A stretch of 48,859 bases of DNA from Bacteriovoracaceae bacterium (GCA_947463705.1 CANHSO010000002.1:1-48859); one strand, 5' to 3'. Positions 16,993-28,005 are shown, counted from the stretch's first letter. Numbers and translations: made by a program. The notes: generated by a model from the sequence alone, not told the origin.

Positions 16993-18297
16993 TTGGGGGG
17001 GAGATTGGGGCTTAAGATCGAGCAGCAAATCAAGAGAAGTTGGCTGCATAAAGTCATCAGTGCATCCATCGTGTTCGTCGTTTTTGCGGCTGCTCTGCTG
17101 CGAGCTTATTCTCGTGTTTCGCCTGATTTTTCAGTTTTCTATCACGCTTGGGGATTGGTTTGGAACGGACACGGCAATCGCATTTATCAAGAAGGTCCCG
17201 ATCGCTATCTCTATAGTCCTGGATTTGCCTGGCTTTTGGCTCCTTTAGGTGGACTCTCATTTGATCTAGCCTTTGGAATTTGGTGCCTTTTAAAGGTATT
17301 TGGGCTTTTGTTCGTATCGAAATGGATGGTCTCCCTGATTGAGGGGGAATCCAACCGAAAAGGAGTAGAGCTTGCTGAGTCGTCGGTTCACTGGCTCAGT
17401 GTTGCTTTAGGGATCGCCTTTATCGCGCGGCCTCTCTTGATTGACTTCGAGTATGGACAAGTGAATGTTTTTATTCTGACTGTGGTGGTTTTGTCGATTG
17501 CTACCCATCTCGATTCAAGGACGTCTCTTTTTAAAATTTCTGCCAGCTGGTTTTTGTTGGGTTGGCTTGCAGTGGCTAAGATTTTTCCGGGGCCGATTTT
17601 GCTCTTGCCGTGGTTTTTACCATTAAGGAACTCAGAGAAAAAATTGAACTTTGCTCGTGGGTTCTCACTGTTGGGGGTTTCAGTGAGCTTGTTTGCTCCT
17701 GTGATTTCGCAGGGGTGGCGAGGTGCTCTTAGATTGCTTTTTGACTGGAAAGACGCACTGATTTCGCGTGGATTTCCTGTCGAGTCTCATAATCAGAGTT
17801 TTCTGGCGTTCGTTTACCACTTTTTGAGCGGTCATCCGACCTTTGTGCTTTCCCAGAATGGGCGAGAAATTGCTTTTGGATGGGCTTTTTTAACGCCTGC
17901 TCAACTCACCTTAGTGGGAAGTGCTTGGGCGTTTTTGAGTATGGGCTGGCTCCTGGCTTGGCTTACTCGAGGACCCGGCAATCAATCGGCTCGGTGGATG
18001 GCGGTGCTTACAGCTCTCTTGGTGATTCCTTCTCATTTGGTATGGAAACCTTACTTTTTAATGGCTCTGCCGCTGGCTATTTTCGGAGCAAGTCAGCTAC
18101 TCATTCAGAAAAAACGAGGCCGGGATTGGTTCGTTTTTTTTGTTTTGTTCGCTGCGGTTAATCTCACCTCTTTTGATTTTGTGGGTTCAGCTTGGGGCCC
18201 ATTTTTCGAGGCATCATCCACTTTTTTAGTGGCTCATCTGGCGCTCATGGTTTGGGTGATCTCGGAGTTGTCACCGAATGAAAAGTCTAAAATTTAA
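16993..18297 (+). CDS. Polytopic membrane protein, DUF2029/GT87-like glycosyltransferase (GT-C type).
   Basis: 434 aa with many TM segments. The N-terminal DFSVFYHAWGLVWNGHGNRIYQEGPDRYLYSPGFAWLLAPLG resembles the DUF2029 signature. It uses a non-ATG (TTG) start. Confidence 0.6.
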   Translation: MGGRLGLKIEQQIKRSWLHKVISASIVFVVFAAALLRAYSRVSPDFSVFYHAWGLVWNGHGNRIYQEGPDRYLYSPGFAWLLAPLGGLSFDLAFGIWCLLKVFGLLFVSKWMVSLIEGESNRKGVELAESSVHWLSVALGIAFIARPLLIDFEYGQVNVFILTVVVLSIATHLDSRTSLFKISASWFLLGWLAVAKIFPGPILLLPWFLPLRNSEKKLNFARGFSLLGVSVSLFAPVISQGWRGALRLLFDWKDALISRGFPVESHNQSFLAFVYHFLSGHPTFVLSQNGREIAFGWAFLTPAQLTLVGSAWAFLSMGWLLAWLTRGPGNQSARWMAVLTALLVIPSHLVWKPYFLMALPLAIFGASQLLIQKKRGRDWFVFFVLFAAVNLTSFDFVGSAWGPFFEASSTFLVAHLALMVWVISELSPNEKSKI

Positions 18298-18305
18298 GTC
18301 TGAAT

Positions 18306-19403
18306 TCATTCTTTTTTTGGATTTGTTTTCTTAGCTAAGTCCCGCCAGCTTTTTCCCTCTCGAGCTTTGGGATCTAGTTGGAACTTGCGAACAGCGGCAA
18401 GGTGAGCTTCGTAGGTTGAAGTGAATTCGTGGGTCCCATCGTTATGCGATACGAAATAAAGAAAACTGCTTTGAGTTGGATAGAGAGCGGCCTGGATGGC
18501 AAGAGCTCCAGGGTTGGAAATTGGGCCAACCGGAAGTCCAGGAACTTGATAAGTATTATATTCATTCTTTTCCATGAGGTCGGCTTTTAACAGATTGCCC
18601 CGATACCTCTTCCAAATTCCATAAATCGTAGTGGGATCGCTTTGAAGTCGCATCTTTTTTCGAATTCTGTTGTAGAAAACAGAGCTAATCAGAGGTCGTT
18701 CTTCGGGGGCTCCTGTTTCCCTTTCGATCATGGATGCAAGGGTGATAATCTGAGAGGGGGTCATCCCCAGGGTCGCAGAGCGCGTGTCGTGCTCTGCTTT
18801 CCAGTAGTCGAAAAAGTGGCGCACCATCTGTCGGGCAATGTCGTATTTGGTGAGGGAGTGATTGAAATTATAAGTATCAGGAAATAAAAAGCCTTCTAGG
18901 CTTTTTGGGGGAGCGTCTTTGAATCGAGGGAAAGAAGCAATGAACTCTTGATCAAAGCAAAGGCGGGTGAACTCCTCCGGAGAATTTATGAGCTTCTTGT
19001 CCGCTAGGCTCTCGGCAATTTCATAGAGGTTTTCGCCTTCTCGCACCGTGATCGGATAAATCACGCTAATGCCTGAGGTGAGGGTAGAAAAAATCTGCAT
19101 GGGGCTCATCCCCGGAGAGACCTGGTATTCACCCGCTTTGACTCGTCCCCACTGCCGGGTGAGGCGACCTAGCCAGATAAAGTCTTTGCCGCTAGAAATG
19201 ACCCCATGTGAGACGAGCTTCTTCGTGAGATCGTTTGGGGAGATGCCTTTTTGAACTTCGATGATCGTAGAGCTTTGGGTGCCAGCGTGATACGGAAAAT
19301 ATGCGAATTGAAGAGCCTTTCCTAGCGGGAGAGAAACTAGAAGTGCTGCAGCGACAAAGGCAAAAACTGCTCGGGTCGGTTGCTTAGAGTTTTTAATCAT
19401 CAT
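18306..19403 (-). CDS. mltG: Endolytic murein transglycosylase MltG (YceG family).
   Basis: 365 aa with an N-terminal TM, ITLASMIERETGAPEERPLISSVFYNRIRKKMRLQSDPT and YNTYQVPGLPVGPISNPG. Confidence 0.9.
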   Translation of the reverse strand: MMIKNSKQPTRAVFAFVAAALLVSLPLGKALQFAYFPYHAGTQSSTIIEVQKGISPNDLTKKLVSHGVISSGKDFIWLGRLTRQWGRVKAGEYQVSPGMSPMQIFSTLTSGISVIYPITVREGENLYEIAESLADKKLINSPEEFTRLCFDQEFIASFPRFKDAPPKSLEGFLFPDTYNFNHSLTKYDIARQMVRHFFDYWKAEHDTRSATLGMTPSQIITLASMIERETGAPEERPLISSVFYNRIRKKMRLQSDPTTIYGIWKRYRGNLLKADLMEKNEYNTYQVPGLPVGPISNPGALAIQAALYPTQSSFLYFVSHNDGTHEFTSTYEAHLAAVRKFQLDPKAREGKSWRDLAKKTNPKKE

Positions 19404-19668
19404 GTATTCTGATTCTAAGTTAAAACTGAATTGGGTTCAAATTTTGTGCGCTGAAAGTTCATTTTTTCTTTACTCGGGTGAAATAGTTTGTTACCCGATC
19501 TTAAAAGTGGGTGTTGCCACTAAATCACTTCAAACCTAACCGCGCGAAAATAACGGAAAAAAGTTGCGGTTCTAATAGGGTACGTTTTCAACTCCAACCG
19601 ACAATCTGATGACAGTCAAAAATGGGTTCGAGACGACCTAAGTCAAAAAAGCAATTGAGGAAATCTGA

Positions 19669-20916
19669 ATGCATCTCAGAGAGCTAAAAGAAAAGAAAAT
19701 CGGTGACCTGGTCGAAATGGGGAAAGAGCTCGGAATTGAGAATGCTGGCGGAATGCGCAAGCAAGATCTGATTTTTGCTGTTTTGCAAAAAAAAGCCGAG
19801 AAAGATGAGCACATCTATGCCGACGGCGTTTTAGAGTGCCTCCCTGACGGCTTCGGTTTTTTGAGAGCGCCGGATTACAATTACCTACCAGGTCCAGATG
19901 ATGTCTACGTGTCGCCTTCTCAAATTAGACGATTTGGGTTGCGCACCGGCGATACAGTGAGCGGCTCTGTCAGAGCTCCCAAAGAAGGCGAGCGTTATTT
20001 TGCTCTGCTGAAGGTCGAGCAGGTCAACTTCCAGACTCCGGAGCTGAACTCTGAAAAGGTTCTTTTCGATAACCTGACTCCTCTCTATCCTAACAAACGG
20101 ATTAACTTGGAGTACCAACCTAACGTTTACAGTACCCGCATTATTGACATGATGGTGCCGCTGGGAAAAGGGCAGCGCTGCCTGATTGTTGCTCCTCCTC
20201 GTGCTGGTAAAACCGTTTTAATGCAGGACATCGCTAATGCGATCACAACCAATCACCCTGAGATTAAGTTGATTGTGTTGCTGATTGATGAGCGTCCTGA
20301 AGAAGTCACGGATATGCAACGCTCTGTTCGGGGCGAAGTGGTGAGCTCAACTTTTGACGAGCAAGCATCTCGACACGTTCAGGTGGCTGAAATGGTCATC
20401 GAGAAAGCAAAGAGACTTGTTGAAAACAAGTACGACGTGGTCATTCTCTTGGATTCGATTACTCGCTTGGCGCGAGCCTATAACTCAGTGGTTCCTCCAT
20501 CGGGCAAAATTCTGTCTGGCGGTGTAGATTCAAACGCACTCCATAAGCCTAAGAGATTCTTTGGTGCAGCTAGAAATATCGAAGAAGGTGGATCGCTTAC
20601 GATCATTGCAACTTCATTGATTGATACTGGCTCTAGAATGGATGAAGTGATTTTCGAAGAGTTTAAGGGAACGGGGAATTCCGAAATCCACCTCGATCGA
20701 AAGCTGATGGAAAAGCGAATTTTCCCATGCTTGGACATCAACAAGTCTGCAACTCGAAAGGAAGAGTTGCTCTTGCCTAAGGACATTCTTAACCGCCTCT
20801 GGGTTTTGAGAAAGGTGCTTCATCCGATGAACACCGTGGATGCCATGGACTTCTTATTAGATAAAGTATCTCATACTAAAACTAACGAGGAGTTTATCAA
20901 ATCGATGAGTGGCTAA
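19669..20916 (+). CDS. rho: Transcription termination factor Rho.
   Basis: 415 aa with the N-terminal [23 protein letters not shown], the RNA-binding GFGFLR and the Walker [10 protein letters not shown] ~265-nt leader precedes it. Confidence 0.97.
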   Translation: MHLRELKEKKIGDLVEMGKELGIENAGGMRKQDLIFAVLQKKAEKDEHIYADGVLECLPDGFGFLRAPDYNYLPGPDDVYVSPSQIRRFGLRTGDTVSGSVRAPKEGERYFALLKVEQVNFQTPELNSEKVLFDNLTPLYPNKRINLEYQPNVYSTRIIDMMVPLGKGQRCLIVAPPRAGKTVLMQDIANAITTNHPEIKLIVLLIDERPEEVTDMQRSVRGEVVSSTFDEQASRHVQVAEMVIEKAKRLVENKYDVVILLDSITRLARAYNSVVPPSGKILSGGVDSNALHKPKRFFGAARNIEEGGSLTIIATSLIDTGSRMDEVIFEEFKGTGNSEIHLDRKLMEKRIFPCLDINKSATRKEELLLPKDILNRLWVLRKVLHPMNTVDAMDFLLDKVSHTKTNEEFIKSMSG

Positions 20917-21003
20917 CCGCCTTCATTCGAAAGAGACCTAGGTGCTGTTGCGCCGTGTTATTGACTTGACGAAATTTTTTAAACCTGATAATTGAGGCCC
21001 CCT

Positions 21004-21204
21004 ATGAAACAAGGAATTCATCCGCAGTATAATGAAACAACAGTGACCTGTGCTTGTGGTTTTGTTATTGAGACTCGCGCGACTAAAGATAATATTAAGA
21101 TTGAAGTTTGTTCCAACTGCCATCCATTTTATACTGGTAAGGCTAAGTTGATGGATACCGAAGGCCGCGTTGAGCGCTTCTTGAATAAGTATAAGAAGAA
21201 GTAG
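21004..21204 (+). CDS. rpmE: 50S ribosomal protein L31 (Zn-ribbon type A).
   Basis: MKQGIHPQY...CACG...[10 protein letters not shown], with GAGG 6 nt upstream of ATG 21004. The track ORF start at 20992 is a TTG extension. Confidence 0.95.
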   Translation: MKQGIHPQYNETTVTCACGFVIETRATKDNIKIEVCSNCHPFYTGKAKLMDTEGRVERFLNKYKKK

Positions 21205-21264
21205 ATTCCTTTTGATGCGGAGTTCTGGTTTTCCGGGTCTCGCCATCTTTTGAGGAGTCTATTC

Positions 21265-22305
21265 ATGAAGCCTACAAGTCGGTTCACCAGTATTGGTGGG
21301 CAAGCGGTCATCGAAGGTGTGATGATGCGCTCTCCACACTTCATTTCCGTCGCTGTTCGCAAACCTGATCGAAAAATCGTCATTCGAACGCATTCATATG
21401 CTTCGTTAGGCGATCGATTTCCTTGGTTGAAGCGGCCGCTCCTTAGGGGAGTAGTGATGTTGGTTGAGTCGATGAAGGAAGGGATGGATGCCTTAGGCTT
21501 CTCGGCTTCCATTGCGTCTCAGGAAACCCAAGGTGGGAACGAGAGTGAATTGTCGAACTGGGAAATTGCCGGTTCGATGGGATTTGCTCTGCTGTTTGGG
21601 CTTGGGCTTTTCGTAGCGGTACCTCATGGTTTGACTGCCTGGATCACTTCTTTTGACCGTTTTCAAGTCTCAGCTCAGAGCCCGGTTTTTCATCTGATTG
21701 ATGGTAGTATTAAACTGCTGATTTTAGTTGGCTACGTTTTTCTCATCTCTCAGTTGAAAGAGATCTATCGGGTTTTCCAGTACCACGGGGCTGAGCATAA
21801 ATCGATCTACACATTTGAGGCAAATGAAGACCTCACAGTGGAAAATGCGCGCAAAAAGAGCACTTTACATCCTCGCTGTGGCACGAGTTTTTTGCTGTTT
21901 CTGGTGCTGATCAGTGTGCTGATTTTTAGTTTTGTTTTTCCGGTTCTGAAGCTCACTGAGTTTTCCTCTCATCCTATTTATAATCACCTTCTGATGATTT
22001 TAACAAAAGTGTGTTTGATGCTCCCCGTGGCCGGATTGGCTTATGAGGTCATTCGTCTTTCAGCAGGTCGGATGAATCAGGGATTTTTTCGTTTTTTGAT
22101 TTGGCCTGGTCTGACGTTGCAAAAGTTGACGACTCGCGAGCCTACCGACGAGCAGTTAGAAGTGGCGCTGGCTTCATTGCGTCAGGTGCTCTTATCGGAG
22201 AAATCGGCTGCTGACGGACCTAAAGAGAAGACTGAGTTCGAAATTCTGAGTCTCTCCGATTTGGGTTGGGTACCAGCCCATGTTTCTGAATTTCTAGAGA
22301 GCTAA
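21265..22305 (+). CDS. DUF1385 family membrane protein (commonly linked to prfA/prmC).
   Basis: SIGGQAVIEGVMMRSP...YHGAEHK motif, with GAGGAG 7 nt upstream of ATG 21265. It lies immediately upstream of prfA. Confidence 0.8.
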   Translation: MKPTSRFTSIGGQAVIEGVMMRSPHFISVAVRKPDRKIVIRTHSYASLGDRFPWLKRPLLRGVVMLVESMKEGMDALGFSASIASQETQGGNESELSNWEIAGSMGFALLFGLGLFVAVPHGLTAWITSFDRFQVSAQSPVFHLIDGSIKLLILVGYVFLISQLKEIYRVFQYHGAEHKSIYTFEANEDLTVENARKKSTLHPRCGTSFLLFLVLISVLIFSFVFPVLKLTEFSSHPIYNHLLMILTKVCLMLPVAGLAYEVIRLSAGRMNQGFFRFLIWPGLTLQKLTTREPTDEQLEVALASLRQVLLSEKSAADGPKEKTEFEILSLSDLGWVPAHVSEFLES

Positions 22306-22311
22306 AATCCT

Positions 22312-23385
22312 ATGTTTGACAAACTAGAGGCGGTTGAAAACCGTTTTATTGAGATTGAAAGTCGTCTCGCAGATCCTGAAATTGCCAGTCGCCCGGCAGA
22401 CTTCAGAAAAATGTCCCAAGAGCACGCGAGCCTCCAGGGGATTGTGGATGAATACCGTCATTATAAAAAACTCAAACAAGAGCGTTCCTCCAATGAAGAG
22501 CTTTTGGAGGAGAAGGACGCTGAAATTGCCGATATGGCTAGGGATGAGTTAAAGCGGCTTGAGATTGAACTGGAGGCTTCGAAAAAGTCGCTCCAGATTT
22601 TACTCCTTCCGACAGACCCTAATGACGAAAAGAACGTTGTATTCGAAATCCGCGCCGGAGCGGGTGGCGACGAAGCCGCGCTTTTCGTGAGCGAGCTTTT
22701 TAGGCTCTATCAGCGCTTCGCTGAGCGGCAGGGCTGGAGAGTGGATTTGCTTTCGGCTAACCCCACTGGGATTGGCGGGTTCAAAGAAATCATTGTAGAA
22801 ATTCAAGGTCAGCGGGTTTTTAGTCGGCTCAAGTGGGAGGCAGGCGTTCACCGCGTTCAGCGGGTCCCGCAAACTGAAGCTCAGGGGCGAATTCATACTT
22901 CGACAGTCACGGTTGCCGTGTTACCTGAAGCCGAAGAAGTCGATGTTTCGATTAATCCAGTCGATTTGCGGATCGATGTGTTTCGTTCGGGTGGAGCGGG
23001 TGGGCAAGGAGTGAACACGACTGACTCCGCGGTACGAATCACGCATCTTCCCTCGGGTCTGGTCGTGGTCTGTCAGGATGAGCGGTCTCAGCTCAAAAAT
23101 AAAGATAAAGCGATGAAAATTTTACGGTCTCGCCTTCTCGATATTGAGGTGGAAAGAGCTGCCAAATCGCATTCTGATGCGCGGAGAAGCATGGTGGGCA
23201 CTGGCGATCGCAGTGAACGAATTAGGACCTATAACTTTCCCCAGGGCCGACTCACTGACCATCGCATTGGTCTGACTCTCTATCAGCTTTCTGATGTCAT
23301 GGAAGGTAAGGTCGATGAAATTATCGACGGATTGATGGCTCATTATCAAATGGAGGCGCTGAAGGCGCAAGGAATGGGCGGATAA
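22312..23385 (+). CDS. prfA: Peptide chain release factor 1.
   Basis: 357 aa with the PxT recognition motif (RVQRVPQTE) and the GGQ motif ([17 protein letters not shown]). Confidence 0.97.
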   Translation: MFDKLEAVENRFIEIESRLADPEIASRPADFRKMSQEHASLQGIVDEYRHYKKLKQERSSNEELLEEKDAEIADMARDELKRLEIELEASKKSLQILLLPTDPNDEKNVVFEIRAGAGGDEAALFVSELFRLYQRFAERQGWRVDLLSANPTGIGGFKEIIVEIQGQRVFSRLKWEAGVHRVQRVPQTEAQGRIHTSTVTVAVLPEAEEVDVSINPVDLRIDVFRSGGAGGQGVNTTDSAVRITHLPSGLVVVCQDERSQLKNKDKAMKILRSRLLDIEVERAAKSHSDARRSMVGTGDRSERIRTYNFPQGRLTDHRIGLTLYQLSDVMEGKVDEIIDGLMAHYQMEALKAQGMGG

Positions 23386-23387
23386 GC

Positions 23388-24314
23388 GTGTCGAATCGGT
23401 TTTTGCCTCCGAAGACCTTTGCAAGTGCGCTTTCGTTTTGTCAGGAAATTTTGCGATCAAGTCCTCTACTGAGAGAGCGCGGAAGCTGTGAGGCCGAAGC
23501 TGAGCAGCTCGTCTGTGCGGCTTTTCGGAAGGCTACTGAGATTCAACTCAGTCGTTTTGATCTTCTGCTTCGCGGCCAGGACTTTTTTCCGCCAGCCGCG
23601 TTGGAGCACCTTTTGAATTGGTCTCAATTGAGAGCTGCGGGTCAGCCCCTTCAGTACTTGGTGGGTTATCAAGCTTTCTTTGAGCATGAGTACGCAGTCG
23701 GGCCTGGCGTTCTCATTCCTCGCCCTGAGACCGAGGTTTTGGTGGATGCTGTGATCCGTTGGTTTGACGGCAGAGGAGAAAAACCCTCCCTTGGTATCGA
23801 AGTAGGGTTGGGGTCAGGAGCAATTTCAATTGAGCTTTTAAGTCATTGGCAAGAACTTCGGGTGATGGCATCCGAGCTGAGTTCAGAAGCGATCTTACTT
23901 GCCATAAAGAATGCTCAATCCTTACTGGGCGCTCATGCGGCGGGAATGGGGCGTCTTGAAATTCTTGCCGTTGAAAATGCGGCGCACGTGATGGAGCCAT
24001 TTCCCGAGATTCAAGCTGATTTTTTAGTGTCGAATCCGCCCTACCTCACGCGGTCCCCTGACGAAGTGGACCTCGATGTAGAGACTTTTGAGCCTCACCA
24101 GGCGCTCTTTGCGCCCGAGGGGGATTCGCTCTTTTTTTACAGAAAAATTGCTACTGAGGCAGATCGATTCCTGAAACCTCACGGAGTTGTTTTTGTGGAG
24201 TTGCCCCACGAGCGTGCTTTGTCTATAGTGGAGTTATTCGAAAAAAGCGGCTGGAGTACGGAGCTAGTTTCGGATCTGAATCAGAGAGAGCGAGTCATCA
24301 TCGCAAAGCGGTGA
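23388..24314 (+). CDS. prmC: Release-factor glutamine N5-methyltransferase PrmC (HemK).
   Basis: 308 aa with the NPPY motif (VSNPPYL) and the SAM-binding VGLGSGAISI. It lies downstream of prfA. Confidence 0.9.
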   Translation: MSNRFLPPKTFASALSFCQEILRSSPLLRERGSCEAEAEQLVCAAFRKATEIQLSRFDLLLRGQDFFPPAALEHLLNWSQLRAAGQPLQYLVGYQAFFEHEYAVGPGVLIPRPETEVLVDAVIRWFDGRGEKPSLGIEVGLGSGAISIELLSHWQELRVMASELSSEAILLAIKNAQSLLGAHAAGMGRLEILAVENAAHVMEPFPEIQADFLVSNPPYLTRSPDEVDLDVETFEPHQALFAPEGDSLFFYRKIATEADRFLKPHGVVFVELPHERALSIVELFEKSGWSTELVSDLNQRERVIIAKR

Positions 24315-24364
24315 ACTCATCGACAGGTGCGACACGAAAGGCTCAAGGTTGGAGTAAAAAACAT

Positions 24365-25636
24365 ATGGATAAAATTAGAATTCAAGGTGGAAAAATTCTG
24401 AACGGCAATGTTGAGGTGAGTGGAGCAAAAAATGCGGCACTCCCCATTCTGATGGCGACTTTGCTGACCGATCAAGAATGTATTTTAGGTCGTGTTCCTG
24501 ATTTGCAGGATATTCGGACCACCATCAAGGTTTTGAATCACCTCGGAACCGAGACTACTTCAGATTTTTCAGCCCACACGCTCAAGCTTCGCGCGCCGGA
24601 AGTCAAGTGCTTTGAAGCTCCCTATGACCTAGTCAGAACCATGCGAGCGTCAGTCTTGGTTTTGGGACCTTTACTGGCTCGGTACGGAAAAGCAAAAGTC
24701 AGCTTGCCGGGAGGGTGTGCGATCGGGGCTAGACCCATCAACTATCACCTTTTAGGGCTTGAGCGCCTGGGTGCAAAAATCGAATTGGAGGGTGGCTACG
24801 TGATCGCTTCTGCTCAGAAGCTCCGTGGAAATCGCGTAGCGTTTGAGTTTCCTAGCGTGACTGCGACAGAAAATTTGATGATGGCAGCTGTTCTGGCCGA
24901 AGGGGAAACCTTGCTCGAGAACTGCGCTAAGGAGCCTGAGATTGTCGATCTCGCTCGAATGCTGCGCTCCATGGGCGCGCAAATCGAGGGCGAGGGAACT
25001 GAGCTGATCACCATTCAAGGTAAGAAGTCTTTACATGGGTGTAACTACCAAATCGTCGGAGATCGAATCGAGGCTTCTACCTACCTGGCGGCTGGGTTTT
25101 TGACCGGTGGAAATGTCCGAGTTGATGGCGTTGATCCTGAGACGATTGAAGCCGTCTTGGGAAAATTTGAAGAAGCGGGAGCTACGATCATTCGCGAAGC
25201 ACACTCAGTTGGATTACGATCCAATGGGCGTCCCAAGGCAACCAATATTACCACTCTACCGTTCCCTGGGTTTCCAACAGATATGCAAGCTCAGTTTATG
25301 ACGGTGATGGCCATGGCCGAGGGGGCTTCGCTGATTACCGAAACAATTTTTGAAAATCGCTTTATGCATGTGTCTGAATTGGTTCGTCTTGGAGCGGATA
25401 TTACGATTCGAGGGCATAGTGCTATGGTGCACGGGCAAAAAACTTTAAAAGGAGCGCCCCTGATGGCCACTGATTTGCGTGCCAGTGCGAGTTTGGTATT
25501 GGGTGGACTCTGCGCTCAGGGAGAAACATGGGTGAGTCGAGTTTACCATCTCGATCGGGGCTACGAAAACATGGAGAGTAAGTTGCAGAAGCTGGGCGCC
25601 GTGATTGAACGTGTTCCTTCTACTGAACGGAGTTAA
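24365..25636 (+). CDS. murA: UDP-N-acetylglucosamine 1-carboxyvinyltransferase MurA.
   Basis: MDKIRIQGGKILNGNVEVSGAKNAALPI, with the active-site Cys in LPGGCAIGARPI. The true start is Met 24365; the track ORF has an 18-codon extension. Confidence 0.95.
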   Translation: MDKIRIQGGKILNGNVEVSGAKNAALPILMATLLTDQECILGRVPDLQDIRTTIKVLNHLGTETTSDFSAHTLKLRAPEVKCFEAPYDLVRTMRASVLVLGPLLARYGKAKVSLPGGCAIGARPINYHLLGLERLGAKIELEGGYVIASAQKLRGNRVAFEFPSVTATENLMMAAVLAEGETLLENCAKEPEIVDLARMLRSMGAQIEGEGTELITIQGKKSLHGCNYQIVGDRIEASTYLAAGFLTGGNVRVDGVDPETIEAVLGKFEEAGATIIREAHSVGLRSNGRPKATNITTLPFPGFPTDMQAQFMTVMAMAEGASLITETIFENRFMHVSELVRLGADITIRGHSAMVHGQKTLKGAPLMATDLRASASLVLGGLCAQGETWVSRVYHLDRGYENMESKLQKLGAVIERVPSTERS

Positions 25637-26008
25637 GTGAATCGAATGCATCCAAAGGATTGTATTTTCTGCAAAGTGATTGATGGGGTGATCCCATCAA
25701 CCCGAATTTATGAGGATGAAGGTTTTATTTGTATTCGGGACATTCACCCTCAGGCGAAGGTCCATCTTTTGGTCATTCCAAAAGCCCCGATTGCCTCGCT
25801 TGAGGAGGTCTTTCCGGAGCGTGGTGAAAACAAGGCTGCTCTCCTGGGGCAGCTCTTTGATGTGGCAGCTAAGATTGCTCGCCAGCAGGGACTTCTGCCG
25901 GGAGGTTTTCGTTCGGTGATCAATACTGGGTCATTGGGCGGACAGACAGTTTTTCATCTTCATTTGCACATTTTAGGCGGGGAGCCTCTCAGAGGAAGCT
26001 TCGGCTAA
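25637..26008 (+). CDS. HIT (histidine triad) family protein.
   Basis: It has CIFCKVIDG at the N-terminus and the HLHLHILGG histidine triad. The start is GTG 25637 or ATG 25646. Confidence 0.9.
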   Translation: MNRMHPKDCIFCKVIDGVIPSTRIYEDEGFICIRDIHPQAKVHLLVIPKAPIASLEEVFPERGENKAALLGQLFDVAAKIARQQGLLPGGFRSVINTGSLGGQTVFHLHLHILGGEPLRGSFG

Positions 26009-26538
26009 CTGATTTTTTCGTCCAAGATCGTTCCTTTTGCAAAATGAGCTGACTTGCTCTGTTCTCGGGCAGATCTTTTGTACGACTTGATTCCAGCCCA
26101 CTTGAACATGAGCTCTCGTTGTTCTTTCAAGCGGGCAAAAAGCTGTAGGATCGCCGGCATATCCTCGAGAGTGGGGGGCGGGGGAGGTGTGTTTTCAACG
26201 AGTGAAAGCCTAGGCTTTTCGCGGGAGGGGGGTAAGGTTGACTCTGAGGCATTTTCCTCCTGCCCCTGTGCGAGCTCCGGTTCGTTCCCTGAGTCGTGAT
26301 TCTGTTGATCGTCGCGCTTCTCTTGACTTAAGAGTTGTTCACGAACGACCCCAGACTGAACCTTTGCGCTTTGCGCAATTTCCGCGATTGGGGACAGAAA
26401 TTTTTTTAAGACCTGGCTAACTCTGGGTAACACCCGAGAGCCCCTTCCTGCCGATGCTAGAAGCGGTCTCTTCCCCTCTGCGCCACGCCGGGAATTAAGA
26501 TGAGATCGCCTCTTAATCTCTTTTCGGTTTTTTTCCAA
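26005..26538 (-). CDS. Hypothetical protein: basic N-terminus, acidic/low-complexity middle with a PPPPP run, conserved-looking C-terminal ~50 aa.
   Basis: 177-aa ORF with a TTG start and no motif I recognise. It is convergent with the HIT gene and overlaps it by 4 nt. Confidence 0.4.
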   Translation of the reverse strand: MEKNRKEIKRRSHLNSRRGAEGKRPLLASAGRGSRVLPRVSQVLKKFLSPIAEIAQSAKVQSGVVREQLLSQEKRDDQQNHDSGNEPELAQGQEENASESTLPPSREKPRLSLVENTPPPPPTLEDMPAILQLFARLKEQRELMFKWAGIKSYKRSAREQSKSAHFAKGTILDEKIS

Positions 26539-26697
26539 AAAACTTGAGAGAAATCTGTTGGCTCTGGATAGATGATTAAAATAAACTAAATATATCAGTT
26601 ACTTAGACAAAATGTTGACCTCATTATTATCTGATGTTAACAGTATGGTTCTGTTTAATTAAGATCGTGCAACGGGGGAATCATCCCAAAAGGATAA

Positions 26698-27954
26698 ATG
26701 ATCGCTATGCTAGATATTTTTGAAAAATGCGGTGAGTTTCAGGATGCTAAGAGAGTCCAAGCGGCAGGGATCTACCCCTATTTCCGTGCCATCGAGTCCA
26801 CTGCAGGGTCAACGGTTGTAACTCATGGTAAAAAGCGAGTTATGATTGGCTCCAATAATTATTTGGGCCTGACTCATCATCCTAAAGTGCAAGCTGCTGC
26901 CAAAGCTGCGATTGACCAGTTTGGAACAGGATGTACCGGTTCACGATTTTTGAACGGAAACTTGGTCCTCCACGAGCAATTAGAAAAAGAATTAGCCCAG
27001 TTTTTGGGCAAAGAAGCCTGTCTTGTTTTTAGCACCGGTTTTTTGTCCAACCAGGGGGCACTTTCTACCTTGGTAGGCCGAAACGACGTGATTTATAGCG
27101 ATCGTGAAAACCACGCCTCGATTATCGAAGGAACTTTGGTCAGTCTAGGTGACACCATTAAGTTTAAGCACAACAATATGGCAGATCTAGAGCGTGTCCT
27201 TGAGTCGACTCGGGACAAGTATCAGGGCGCTTTGATCGTTGCTGACGGCGTTTTCTCCATGTCAGGAGATATTTTTAATTTTACAAAAGCTGCTGCACTT
27301 GCCAAAAAATACAATTGCCGACTCTACATCGATGATGCTCACGCGATCGGCGTCTTGGGGCCTCGTGGTGAGGGGACCGCGCACTATTTTAACGATGTCA
27401 ATTCAGCTGATCTGGTCATTGGGACCTTTTCGAAGTCATTTGCTTCGATCGGTGGTTATGTGGCCGGCCCAGAAGATGTAATTCATTACATTAAACATAA
27501 ATGCCGCCCATTTATTTTTAGTGCTGCGATGCCTCCTGCGGCAGCAGCTACCGTCCTTGAATGCCTTCGGATTGTTAAGGAAGAACCGCAGCATCTGGCC
27601 AATCTTTGGAAAAACGCCAAAAAGATGAGCCGTGAACTCAGTCGGTTGGGTTTTAATACTCTGAATAGCCAGACCCCAATCATCCCTCTTCTGGTGGGTG
27701 ATGACATGAGTGCGTTTGCTTTTGCTCAGAAGCTTTATGAGCATGGTGTTTTCGCAACTCCAGTGGTTCGTCCAGCCGTGCCAGAAGGATGCGCCTTAAT
27801 TCGAACGAGCTACATGGCTTCGCATACGGACGAGGATCTTGACTACGTACTCGAAGTGCTAGAAACTCTCGGTAAGGAATTTGGGATTATTGGCCAAGAA
27901 GGCAGGCAGGCTGAACTTGCTGCACTTGCAAAGCACCATTTTGGGGTAGTCTAA
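26698..27954 (+). CDS. PLP-dependent alpha-oxoamine synthase, serine palmitoyltransferase-like.
   Basis: 418 aa with GIYPYFRAIES...GSNNYLGLTHHP...GTGCTGSRFLNG...DDAHAIGVLGPRGEG...GTFSKSFASIGGYVAG (PLP Lys)...CRPFIFSAAMPP. The GTFSKS and SRFLNG variants match bacterial SPTs as I recall them better than BioF or Kbl. Confidence 0.75.
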   Translation: MIAMLDIFEKCGEFQDAKRVQAAGIYPYFRAIESTAGSTVVTHGKKRVMIGSNNYLGLTHHPKVQAAAKAAIDQFGTGCTGSRFLNGNLVLHEQLEKELAQFLGKEACLVFSTGFLSNQGALSTLVGRNDVIYSDRENHASIIEGTLVSLGDTIKFKHNNMADLERVLESTRDKYQGALIVADGVFSMSGDIFNFTKAAALAKKYNCRLYIDDAHAIGVLGPRGEGTAHYFNDVNSADLVIGTFSKSFASIGGYVAGPEDVIHYIKHKCRPFIFSAAMPPAAAATVLECLRIVKEEPQHLANLWKNAKKMSRELSRLGFNTLNSQTPIIPLLVGDDMSAFAFAQKLYEHGVFATPVVRPAVPEGCALIRTSYMASHTDEDLDYVLEVLETLGKEFGIIGQEGRQAELAALAKHHFGVV

Positions 27955-28005
27955 TCCTTCTCATTTTCTTGTTATAAAAAATTGATCCGATCAAGGGAGG
28001 CATCT

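Noticed and set aside
22870-22878. The RF1 recognition tripeptide reads PQT instead of the common PAT or PVT.
   Set aside because: The motif is defined as PxT with a variable middle residue. The GGQ motif and the rest of the protein are canonical, so there is no basis to infer altered stop-codon specificity.
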